Assembly (NCBI GenBank): GCA_000182565.2
Contig: KQ257472.1
Reading direction: 5' to 3' (one strand)
Origin: Spizellomyces punctatus DAOM BR117
Lineage: Eukaryota
Length of the DNA: 64,000 nt
The stretch's first letter is position 1. The number at the start of each line of letters is the position of its first letter. Below the pieces are notes generated by a model that was given only the letters and a program-made list of their open reading frames with translations, was not told where the DNA came from and made no database searches. Below are positions 40,224 to 51,952 of the stretch, piece by piece. A program made the position numbers and the translations under genes.

Positions 40224-42081
40224 CTATACAGAAACCACCTTTAAATTTGGGAATGGATCCTCCTTGGCCGTGACAACCATTTGTTTCTCAAACGACAGGT
40301 ATCCCTTGAGGTATCCCTGGGCCAAAAGTATCAATATCACACTGGTGAATCACATTGAATACATCATCTCACCTTATCAATCATATTCGCCAACATGCAC
40401 GCAACAGCATCAGGAGTGACATCAGTTCCAGCCAAATGTAACGCCCTCTGAAATTGCGCCATTGGTATTCGCGTACTTCGTTGGTTGATTAACCATCTGC
40501 ATCATGTCATGGCAATTTAGTAACAGCATTGCATCACAGAGTGAGGAATGTTCTTGACGTACACTTTTTTGAACAGCATCCTGGCTGCTAAAGCCCTTGC
40601 CCTTTCTACTGTTAAATACGTGCCCCGATTTATCAAATCCCTTTGCAACCTATACAAGGTTTCATCAAACAGTCTCACATCCCCTCGTCGAATTGCGAGT
40701 GCAAAATTGCCGTATAGGTAGTCAAGGGCGGGATACTTGATGAAGAGGGATGCACTAGGGAGGAAGCCGAGTATGAAGCGCGTTGGGATAAGATAATTGA
40801 GTATGAGACTAATAACAGAATATGTAAGATATGAGAAATGGAGCGATGCAGAAAACAAGAGACTTACATGCGAATTTTTTCAATTCGTTTTCGGGCTTGC
40901 TTGCCTTTCCCGGTAGGACAGTGCCATAGTGCAAACGAGAGTTCTTCTTCCGCCTTCAAGGGAAAAGGAGTCAGGATGAGGCGGATCCCAAATATACGGA
41001 CCAGTTCCGACCTTTTTATACTGTTCATTGTAAAAGCTCAAAACGCCGACATAAAATTTAAAGGTTACTTGATCTGCAATTGGGTACCGTTCAAGGTCTG
41101 GTAAATCCCCGGCTGCAACCGATCGGAGAATGGTGCTGCAGAGATTTGTTTGCGTTAACTGCAAGCTGTCAGCACCATGAGACGAGTAGAGTAAGGACAC
41201 TGGAAACATAGTTCTTACCTTAAAGTATGTCTTGAAGAGGAGGTTAACGATATGATACGTTCCCCACTTTCGCGATCTTTCTAATGGCGAGAATCTGGCG
41301 AAAAGGCTTCAGCGCGCGCGAACGGTCGAATAAGCCCTCTTCATAACTCGTACCGATCCGTGACACAATACGAAAATGCTTTGTTCATTGTTCGCGCAGC
41401 TTCTTCCAATCGACCCGCTTTACTCCCTCTCTTCCGTGAGACGTCGTCTGCCTAAGCCCATAATGTTACCGGGACCATTCCCTGTTCCCATGCGACAGCG
41501 CATATCCACCCACCTGAGCACTTAAAGACCACAGATCTCCATTAAGAGCGTAGAGTACCGGTAGACACCACCGTGTTTGGGACGGGAAGAATTGGTGGAA
41601 TGCTCTAATAAATTCGTACGAGGTCAGATCGGCACAGAGGGAATCCAATACAGGTTTGAACGGCTGTCATTACTCACTGCGCGGTACTATTTTGCAGCTC
41701 TGCAGCAACTACTTCGGGGATATCTATGCCGCCTCCTGACTCTGACCCGAATCCATTTGACCCAGTAGCATTGGCCATTTCTTTGAGGACTTTGAGATGA
41801 CCACACACAACTTCAGCCCAGTTTTCGTCAAGTCGGTTTCGAACAGTTGATTCGAGAGCCTGTACCTAATGTTAGGATCGCTCGTCAGATTTTTCACTAA
41901 GAGCGGTACGAGAAACGCTGATTTGCATGCCAACTTTCATGCTCCGGACGACAGGTTGTAAAGTTTTTGCATGTGCATCGTTTATTTTGACGAGTGAGGC
42001 GAGTAGAGCACCATTTTCGGTATCTAGAGAATTGGATATCCGAGCGAGATATGACTGTAAAGCCTCGCGGTTATTTGCCAT
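40224..42081 (-). CDS. CSN12: PCI domain protein PCID2/CSN12/Thp1-like
   Basis: RWCLPVLY; LEEAARTMNKAFSYCVTDR; SRKWGTYHIVNLLFKTYFK; QVTFKFYVGVLSF; LILNYLIP; CMLANMIDK|GYLKGYLS..DPFP. Confidence 0.88.
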
Positions 42082-42144
42082 CTTGTCGTGATCGCTGCAA
42101 GTGTTGATAATGGAATTGGAGGAGCGCTCATCATACCAGACGTT

Positions 42145-42158
42145 GTTGCTATGGCAAC
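42145..42158. promoter_or_regulatory. RFX X-box-like palindrome GTTGCTATGGCAAC about 65 bp upstream of the PCID2/CSN12 start
   Basis: Near-perfect match to the X-box consensus GTTGCCATGGCAAC; the inverted repeat extends to TTGTTGC-TATG-GCAACAA. Confidence 0.55.
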
Positions 42159-42749
42159 AATAACCTCAATAACGTGCATCTTCAGCCAAGTTCAACTTTT
42201 ATTGACTGCTCCATAGTTTCATCTCTTTGATTCTCCCCTCGTCCTTTATCTCTTTTGTATTAGTTGCATCTAGTATTCACAGCGAAAATAAGAATTGCAG
42301 CAGTCAAGGGCTAAAGCTAACTAATAAAGATGGTTTGGGTTAGGGTTAAACCTAACTTGTCCTACACATTGAACCTAATATCATGCCAGCAAAAATTACA
42401 CTCTCATCATATGAGGATTGGAGCTTGTAGGAGCGTATTCAGCATCTGGTCATCTTATTATGAACCGGGTGCATTGCTGCTAGTGATGCATACCCCTTCG
42501 TGAATTAATGTCTTTTTGGGTTGCAATCGATACAAGCTGAAGTCCATGAAGACTGTTGTAACGAACAACGAGCAAGTGAGCGTAATGATAATCAGCTCAT
42601 TTGGCCATCAGACTCGGAAGGACAGATATGCAGTTGTCTCACCACTCTATTCCGTTCTTTCTATTAGTATCTAAATATACCCACTGCGCTAAACCGGTCA
42701 TGCATGACCCATGTTAAACACAGGCACATCCATCAATCTTCCTCAGCCC

Positions 42750-43424
42750 TCATGTGGAATCGGTCCACTTCCACCAGCTGCGGTTCCACCATACAAAGAT
42801 CCTGAAAAGAATGTTCCTCACTATGGCAGGCGCATCATAGAACATCTGATTCTGTTCCTCCGTCGTAAGCTGCGTCAACAAGAACGACAAGTGAGTCGTT
42901 GGCTTTGCGTCCTTTTTGGAAATCGATTCAATATTTTTGAATGTGCGATACATTTCGTCCTGAGGGATTTTGTCGTTGAGCGCCGTTGTGCACAGATATG
43001 ATTCTTCGTGGTTCAAATGTGGCATCATGACAGTTTCGAGATTTTTGACAAGATGCGCTATTTGTTCTCCATTGAATGAAGCCTTTTTAACCCGTAAATC
43101 GGAGATGTAGTCCTCCAGCGCTCGCATGGCCGGCTGGAAGTTGCCGTGTTCCGCCTCCAATTCTTTGAGTTCTCGTTCGCCAAAGTACTTGACAAAGACT
43201 GGATAGGAAATCTGCTCTTCATGTTCATGATGCTGGTGTAGAACCTCCAAGAAAACAGAGATGTAGTTTAGGAACGCCGATATGTCAGCTTCGGAGACGG
43301 TTGGGGCAGCTCTCTGCATACGGGTCAGCGCCCGACCAAAGCCACGATGTAGGTTCTTGTTTATTTCGCAGTAAACAGCCGCCCAAGAGCCTCCATACGG
43401 TGCTGGTGGTGTCTTCATCGACAT
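42750..43424 (-). CDS. Hemerythrin/HHE cation-binding domain protein, single exon
   Basis: LHQHHEHEEQISYP..LEAEH..MPHLNHEESY: a duplicated HxxxE/H motif. Confidence 0.85.
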   Translation of the reverse strand: MSMKTPPAPYGGSWAAVYCEINKNLHRGFGRALTRMQRAAPTVSEADISAFLNYISVFLEVLHQHHEHEEQISYPVFVKYFGERELKELEAEHGNFQPAMRALEDYISDLRVKKASFNGEQIAHLVKNLETVMMPHLNHEESYLCTTALNDKIPQDEMYRTFKNIESISKKDAKPTTHLSFLLTQLTTEEQNQMFYDAPAIVRNILFRIFVWWNRSWWKWTDST

Positions 43425-43703
43425 GTTGCTTTGGAGGATCGCTCGCGAGTCTGCACAAGAGAGCTCGTGGCCAGCGACGGGTTGTAAAATCCCATGTTGC
43501 TCCGGAGCAACACAGCCGGCGCGCGTCCTTTGTTTGGATTAGGCGTCAAAATCAAAATTACGATTCTTCCAAGCTTCCGTCTTCACATGCAACAGAACAA
43601 TACCAACATCCAAAATCAACAAACACAAGCGTATATAATAATATAAGGTAAAAATACAGAGGGTGGAATATATAGAAGGTATATACATAGTCAAAACCGG
43701 GGA

Positions 43704-44289
43704 TTATCTCACGCTTGGCGAAAGCGATGGCGGAGGGGACAGGGGATGGGGTATGGCGAGCGAACCGTTCGGGAACGGGGAGGGAGGTGACGCGTCGACG
43801 GAACAAGAAAGAGCTTGAGATGGGTTTCGTGGTTGTTCTTGGTCTGATGAAGACTGCTCGCGAGCTTGCTCAAGCCGCCGTGTCTCTCGGTTCATTTCCC
43901 CCCGGAGTTTGACTGTAACAAAAACAGGCATGCCCTCGTTAATGTCTAGAGCATTCATTCTTTACGCTGCATTACAATGACAAAAAGCATACCCAGCTCA
44001 AAAATGTCGGCTCTTGTCAACTTGTCTGTGACGATGGGGCTTCGATCATACTCTTCGCTGTAAGTTGCCCACACAACAATATCTGTGGCAAATCGCACCA
44101 CGCGTCCATCCGCCACGACATATTCATCATCCGTTGTCGTCAAATGCCATAGATCGAGGGGCTCAGCTTGAACGCTCCTCAACGTAAAAACGTTCATTCC
44201 CAACAAAAAGAATCCACTGGCAAGGGCGAGAAAAGCAAAAGGTTGAAAGTCACTCGTAGCATGAAATGTTGAAGCGATGATGACAGCAT
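43704..44289 (-). CDS. Small hypothetical protein with an N-terminal hydrophobic segment, probably 2 exons
   Basis: Hydrophobic stretch FNLFAFLALASGFFLLGMNVF followed by a continuous ORF; likely intron at about 43912-43992. Confidence 0.4.
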
Positions 44290-44494
44290 GCTGCGCAGCG
44301 GAAGAAAAGCCTGGTTTGTGGCTATTGCACTTGGGCGCAGGGGGAGGCTGAGCGACTCATTTCATGTCGCACAACGACCGCACCGCCCAAGGGACACGTG
44401 TCACAAGGAAATATGAAACATTTGCATAAGCATTGCATAAGCTATATCACGTGAATATATGGATTCGTTTACCGATATCATCTACTTTTAGCAT

Positions 44495-45687
44495 CTACGT
44501 CCCTCGCAAGGACTTTCGCACACTCTCAAATAGCGTGAATTGGAGTACAATGGTGGGAACCATCCACGCAACACGCGCCCCTATTCCCCTTGTAAAGCCC
44601 CACACACCCTCTCGTTTCCACAGCCCGATCGTAAACTCTATGAATCCAACCGTTGCATGCGCGTCCGAGTCTCGGGCGACTTGATATGCGGTTTTGGGTA
44701 CATCCAAACAATTCGTTGCTGATGCGCCAACGGCACCCGCAACCGCAGAACAGACTATATAGGCCCCTGCCGAAAGTGACGCCTGACCTTGATCTCCGCC
44801 TGCGAGATTTTTAAATTCTTCGTAGAGAACAAAGTAGATGATGGAGTAGGGTACATAGACGAGGATGCCTAGCCAGAATCCGACAAAAAAGCCGGCAAAT
44901 CCTTGGCGATCGTATATGCTCCTCAGAAACGCAAACGTCGACCCATGCACGTGGCCTGCAAACTCCTCATTCTGCTTTTCGATACCGTCCAATTCACTCA
45001 TTAGCACGTCGTCCCCCTCATCTGCTACTCCCAGCTCCTTGTCACTCGCGTGCAGATCCACTCGGGCATAATTCCCCCCTACATGGCGGCCCGCAGCTTG
45101 TTGTCTGCTCTTGACGACTTCCATCGGACACCAAAATATATTGCTCAAGAGTTCAGCCAAAGCTCCCGCAACAAGGTGGAGTATACTGCTGGTGTCCGGG
45201 TCGCCCAGAAACACAAAGGATGAGCGTGCGGCCTCATATGTGCACAGATAGACGATTGTAGCGGGTACAGAGAAGACTAGTGCGGTTAAAATCCCTATTG
45301 GCAGCTTCGCACATGAATTTAACCTTGCCATACAGAACACTGCAAAGAAAAAACGTACCGCGATAAAGTGCTAAAATGCCTTCTTTTCTGATAATATGCA
45401 AAAAGGCTTTCAGTAGAGACAATCCATACACGCCCGAATTTCCCTTGGCAGCCGTCTGAAGGCGGACCTGCCAGAAGGCAATGTTGATACGTTGCTTCCA
45501 GTATCGCAAGCTCCCTACGGGGCACACACCTTCAAGGTCTGGCGTAAAAATGAAATCAAGTCAGAAAGCCACACAGTTCACAACAGTCTCAGATGCGCAA
45601 GCATACATCTAGGGGGTGTGTCAACCCTCTAGCTATAACGGCTGCCACTGCCGAGGCAAAGACGGTCGGCCAATCGAGTGTCGACAT
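44495..45687 (-). CDS. Mitochondrial carrier family (SLC25) protein
   Basis: THPLD|TLK|VRLQ; IIRKEGILALYRG; WCPMEVVKSRQQ; TNCLDVPKTAYQ; KREGVWGFTRGIGARV. Confidence 0.93.
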
Positions 45688-45906
45688 GGATGGTGATTGG
45701 GTGCGGTGATTCGAACGATTCGGTTTCACGATGGTCGCGCTCTCGTGATTCGTGGCTGTGCCTGATTAGGTTACCACGCTAAAGCGCACCAGGTCAGAGG
45801 GAGGGTGATCGGTCGCCTACCACCTCCTAGCTTCAAGAAGCCCCTGTTTTTACTAGCTAGCAAATCCTACTGAAAGTATTCTACGTACATCTGAAAATTC
45901 ACTACC

Positions 45907-48346
45907 TTACGTCGTTGCATCACTAGAAAACCTTCTTTTAAGAAACTCAAAAATCCCCATCTGACGCCTGCATGCCCAATATTCCGTCAAAGCCCGGAAC
46001 AGCTGCCCAACAGACACTCCCCGCCCCGTCATTAACTCATATACATCTCTCAACCTTCTCGCAAGATCTTCGTCGCCGAATGTAAAGTATAATATTGGCC
46101 GCTTGGCGACTGACGCCGCTATCAATTGCACGAGGGATTTGAGTTCGGGATCGCCGTTGAATGCTCCGCATCCTAAATGTATTTATTAGAATACGCTAAG
46201 CGGGTCAGCGTCCAATCATGTCCTTACCCCAATTGCCTATATATCACAAATCAAGAGAAAGATCGGTTGTTAGCTACGTTCCAAAATTCCTCTGGAGATA
46301 TTCATTATCCAAAGACTCACCCGTAGCGACCCCGGCTCCCTCCAAACAACTCGTTTCCGAATGTCCAAAACCCACGAAAGCTTTATTTACCTCCCTCAAA
46401 ATCATTTCAGCACGGTACTGGTTCTCAGCTCGTCCTGGAGGAAAGTACATGGCATCAATGGCAACAATTTCGGTCTTGCGCCGTCCAAGACCATCTCGTT
46501 CGGTTTTGTCCACGTAATTCCCTGCCCATTCAAATGTATCACCATATCCAGTATAATTTGAAAATCTCTCGGCACCAATCATGAGGACCGCTTCATGCGG
46601 GAGCATTTCCTCGGTGAATAGGCGAGACACGAGAAGTTCAGGGTTGATAATAAACCGTATTTCTTCTTGGACACAGCCCTGTACGGAGGAGTCAGATGCA
46701 ACCCACAGCCAGATCATTGGCTTCGTGTAGACGTACGTAGCCCAATACTCCGCCTCCAATAAACTTGTTGGCAAAATCGACTTGTAGCATTCCCTCCCCA
46801 TCATCCTCGATGGTTCCTTGAGATCGTACCTCCATTGGACCCAGAGGTTCAGTCATTGTACTCCAGTCCGGGATCTCCGACGGTGATAGCACTCGCCGAT
46901 GGAATGTGACAGACCCTGTTGGATCTACATCCAAAGCGCAGTATGCTCAGCAAACTTTTATATTTGAAGCCCGATTTCAAGTCACTGAACTTACTCTGAC
47001 TGAGAACTCGCCTAAAATAATTAAACAACCCATGTAATTTCCCCACCCGGTTCATATCCAGCCCCTTTCTCTTCGATCCGGTAAATAAAGAATTGAAATT
47101 GATCGATGGGAAGGTAGCATGCTCTGCGCCTCGCCTGGTATCATTTCGTCGAGGAAATGTACAAAAGAACGCATTTGCGAGAAGGCACACGATCTACACG
47201 GAGGGGATGTTCAACGTTGAGCAAATCCAGCATCCAGTCCAATCATGGCTCAACAATACCTGCATTTGACTCAGCGTAATGGCACTATTAGATCCTTTTC
47301 TCAGAAACGGAATGGGTTCTGGGAACAGCTGTGGCAGCCGCAGCGCTAAATCAGCCATTCCCGGGATAATTTTCTCAAATAAGGCTGGCACATCGCCGAC
47401 GACGACATTCAAGTAATATTCTAAACCAGACAAATCCCACCGGCGCCTAAATGAGGGATTGTACGCGTACAGGACTTGCTTAGGACAAATGGATGTTTAT
47501 GAGCGCCGGCTACGATACGCACGATAACAAACCATAACGCTCACCGTTAAATCATTTGCATCCCGAATAGGGCCTTGAAGATGCGTTCGTATCACGTCCC
47601 ACTTTGCAAACCGGGGTTGATCATGCGATGGCGCCTGTTGATCGCCGTCCCATTGCATTGTATTACGCGGCGAGCACGGCAACTTGACATACAAGGGAGT
47701 CCATTCATCTTGTGGCGGATCTATCGGTGTCGAATCACTGAACTAGAATCGCGTGAGTATCTCAGACAGTCTACTCCTCACCACAACGGCCGTTGGAAAA
47801 TGAAGGAAAAAACGAACACCAGCATACATTACATAAGACCCAATGCTTGAAGACTGGCGGTCCTAACTGTTCTTCAGTATTGCAGCTAGCATCATCAGAT
47901 TTCTGCCGCTTTGCAAGCATTCGAGCCATAGTCAACATCCTAGGTTTTCTGGGTTTGTCTTGTTCAACAGGGTTAATATCCAGATCCTCATCCACTTCCG
48001 TATCGTCCTCCTCCTGCCGTCTTCTTTTCAGTTCATCATCACTCTCCACATCCTCGTCCACAAATAATATGTTATCCGCTTTCCCGCACGGGACTGAAGC
48101 AAGAACCGCCGAGGGGTGTAAAGGCGTTCGCGATTCGGAGAACGGGCGGAAAGTAAGTTTTGTAGGTGATGCCGAACGCGGAGTACCCGATGGTGAGACG
48201 CGAGGTAGTCTTGCAAATGGAAGAGTTGTTTGAATGTATCTTTTTTCGGGCTGCATTGGTTTTGACAGCTTGTCGAGTGTGTAGCTGGTCAGCCTTGGTA
48301 GAGCCCCGCGGTCAGGTGCATGATCGAAGCTTACGCGGGCAAGCAT
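45907..48346 (-). CDS. PARG: Poly(ADP-ribose) glycohydrolase, canonical eukaryotic type
   Basis: VKLPCSPRN; CLLANAFFCTFPRRN; FPSINFNSLF; LQVDFANKFIGGGVLG..GCVQEEIRFIINPELLVSRLF; REVNKAFVGF; GNW|GCGAFNGD. Confidence 0.95.
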
Positions 48347-48567
48347 TATACCGTTTCCAGCGACGGCGGAGTAGTGCTACAAAGCACCTTGCACGTAGGT
48401 ATCAACGATGATAGAGTAGTGAATGAGAAAACTAATAGGTTCCGCTGGATAGCATATTTGATATACCACACATGACGTGATATACCACACATTATATATG
48501 CAAATTGAGAAGGCTGAAATGTAAATTACAAGCATATTTCAAAATATACATGTCTAAAGAAGAGGTC

Positions 48568-51489
48568 TCAATCCGCCTCGTCCTCATCCTCATCCTCATC
48601 CACATTCGACAGCACGAACCTATCAAATATTACATCCCGACTGCTGGATCCTTCTCGTCCACCCACCAGTCGCATTTGGGACTCTTGGTCCTCTTCGAAG
48701 GCAGCGTCAATTTCATTGTCATTTAGCATTTTGAACTCATAGTTCTGTTCGGCTGAGGTGCGGTCTTCTTTACTGCGACGGAAATAGTATGCGCCGGCGC
48801 CGGCTGCACCGAGGAGAACCGCGCCAAATGCAAAGGCGTATCCTGCCGATTTGCTCCCTGACCCTGAGATCCCTACAGGTGGAGGGATGGATGGGGAAGA
48901 TGTTGAGGAAGCTGACGCTTGAGACGCTGTGGATAGGGATGCATCTGATGGCGGGGCTGATGTAGCTGCCGCCTCTGCGCCTGCCGACCAAGACTGGGAG
49001 GGAGGCGCCTCAGGTACAGCCGAAGTGGAGGGCGCAGGCGCAAGCGACGCTACTTCCGACGGTGCCGCCGCCGGAGGAGGTGGGGCTGTCTCGCCATAGA
49101 ACGTCATCCACCAATAATTAAACGTGCCCTTTTTATCAGGATTTATCTTATCAAAAACGGAAATTGTCCAATCTCCAACCGGATTTTCGTTCCTGTAAGG
49201 AACACATTGATTAGATTTTTGATCTTCATGATGCCAATACCAAATGACATACCAATGCTTAACAGTCATAAAAGTCCAGTTTTGAAGACCATAAATATCC
49301 CCATCGTAGGGGCGGTACGCGGCCAACTGAGACGCAACTTTATTTGGAGAGGTAAGCCAAACCTCTATATCTCCTCTATGCTCGTGCTCCATATTGACAG
49401 TGACAGTGATGTGCTCCAATCGGCTCATGTTTACCGATTTGAGATCATCGGAGGTGATGGTTAGAGTACTATCCAACTTGACGCTGTCTTGGGGTACCTC
49501 TTTGTAGACAGTCTGGACGCCAGTTACAAAATGCGTCTGTGGACGGACTTTGGTGAAGTTCTTCGCAGCTTCGACTAAGGCGTAGCCGTCCAGCTTGCCA
49601 AACCCGTACTTGTGGTTGTACAGAAAACCACCTGCTGTTTGTGTCCAGTCCGAATCGTCGAGATCGATTGGAACCGCGGTTTGTACCGTCAGATGCTGAA
49701 TGTCCCTCCAGGTGAGGTCGGGCCTGGCAGAATGAAGTAATTGGTAACGAATCCACGTTTGCTCTAAACGGTAAACGGAGAACATTACCGGATCTGAAGA
49801 ACAAGCGCATACAATCCGGAAGCGAGAGGGGCTGCGGCCGACGTTCCCCCATGCGTTTGTGTGCACTGACCAGGCCAATCGGTGGTGTACTATCAAAGGG
49901 GCAAGCTCAACAGACGAAACAAGCTGTCAACAAAGGGCGACCAGAAGACTTACAATAGCATCCTTATGTACTCCACTACTACTGTACATCACAATCATCA
50001 CAGCAGAGCACGCTTCCGAATAAATCGGATGCCCATTCTCACGATCCACAGCGCCCACGGTAATGGTGTAAATGCTATTTGTATAGCCATCGAAGTTGCT
50101 GGATGATAGAACTGTGTCAAATGAAATTGCAAATAATAGCAATCCAGAAAAATTCTTACCAATTGTCACTCAATGCCCCGCCATTCCCGCTAGCAAAGAC
50201 GTAAATGGAGCCTAGTCCACCACGTCCCTTGGTGATACCATTATAAACAGCATCAGTGACAATCTTTGGTGGAGCCTCCATAGCCCTCCCATTATCGGCT
50301 GGCCCCCAACTGCAAGAGTAGATCTGATTGTTCTGGAAGTCGTAATTGATGGAAGCAGCTTCATCCGCTTCTGTCAAATCACCCGAGAGAATCCGAACGC
50401 CTGAAGCAACGGGAGATAAACATACAACTTGCTGGGTGAAAATATACAAAGCGTAGCGCAAACTGACCGGACACTTTGGCGTCGTACGCAACTCCCACTC
50501 CACAGACGTCATTCCGCACAGCTGCTACTTCACCAGCGCACCGGGTTCCATGTCGGTCTTCGATTAATTTCGGTTTTGGTAATTTTACATGGTCATTGAA
50601 ATCATACGAGCCTTCGGCATACTGTGTGCGGAACATAAGTGATACTGAGCAGCCTGTCAAAAACGAGATCCTACTTATCCTACTTACAAAATTGTCTTTG
50701 AGGTCCGGACTGTCGTAATCCAACCCATCGTCGACAAAGCACACCGTAACATTCTTGCCCGTGATGCCTGTGTCCATATACATTCGCGTAAGATATTCAA
50801 CCAAGTATAAGTTAAAAGAGCGTTAATGGGGACGTCACCTTGTCTCCATACTCCCGTTACGTTCAGATCGTTCCCAATTATGACCGTGTTAACCTACCAG
50901 AAAGAAAACAGGGTTCAACAAACAGGTAACAGATCTTTGTTTTGCCAGGTCATACCAAATGCCATTGACTAGAAAATCCTGGATCTTGTATATCCAGCTC
51001 CTTTCTAACGTCATCCAATCGGAGAGGCCGGCCCCTCTCTGCTTTTGGTTGGCCTGCACTCGGTAGGGCTGCACGTCTGAACAAGCGCCGTTTCGGTATT
51101 TGACGCTCGACCCAGGCTACAGCCGGCTCGTCCGCAAATCTCTTGACGTGCCTTACATGCTCATGTTCGGCCTCTTCTGTGCTCCATCTCTCCAACCCCC
51201 CCGATTCCTTTGGGGTTGCGAACAGGTAATAGTCCACCAGTTCTCCAACCCGACCCACAAAGTGATAACCTAGTGAGGAGCCCAGCTGATGCGCTCGGTC
51301 TTCAAGTATCTCTGCTGACGGTACAGAGCCGTCTCGACTTGTGTCAAGTTGCACTGCAAAATAGTGGAAATTGTTGTGATCGTTGCGAGGTATTATCGGC
51401 CCCACAGCGGGTGTTGTGTGAACCGCTGAAGCCGCCACAGCGACCAATACTGCAAAGCATGTGGCGATCACGCCACGTTCAAAGAACAT
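48568..51489 (-). CDS. KEX2: Kexin/furin-like proprotein convertase
   Basis: Signal peptide; propeptide ending [50 protein letters not shown] domain; Ser/Ala-rich linker, TM and cytosolic YEF/acidic tail. Confidence 0.96.
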
Positions 51490-51952
51490 GGTGCGGAAAT
51501 GTGTTGTCAATGTCAGAACAGGCTACGGCCGTACAGTAGTCTAGTGCTGGGGGGGCTTGGCAGTATTCTGGTAAGCAAGCCTCTTGCCACAATTTGGCAA
51601 GAATCATCAATTGGAAACAAGATATAGAAATGCAAGTTTCACAGTTGTTTCCCGATTGCCATCGACATGGCCTCGCAACCAGCAGCAAGCAGGAAGCAAA
51701 GCAGCAAGCAAACGATCACCCAAAAGGACACCTTCTTTTGGTCCTACTGTTCCCTCGACCAGTTTGGGGAGGACGCGTTCAAAAGGTGATGGGGCATCTG
51801 TGCGCAGCAGCATGTTGCAAGGACTCTGTAACTGGTTTCGATATGAGAGACTATTACACACGACACTGGGAGTGCCTATGAGTAGAAACTATTAAATGCT
51901 AAAGCTAACTGTACAGTAAGAAAAAAGGTCGCAAGGTTATGATTATGAGGTA

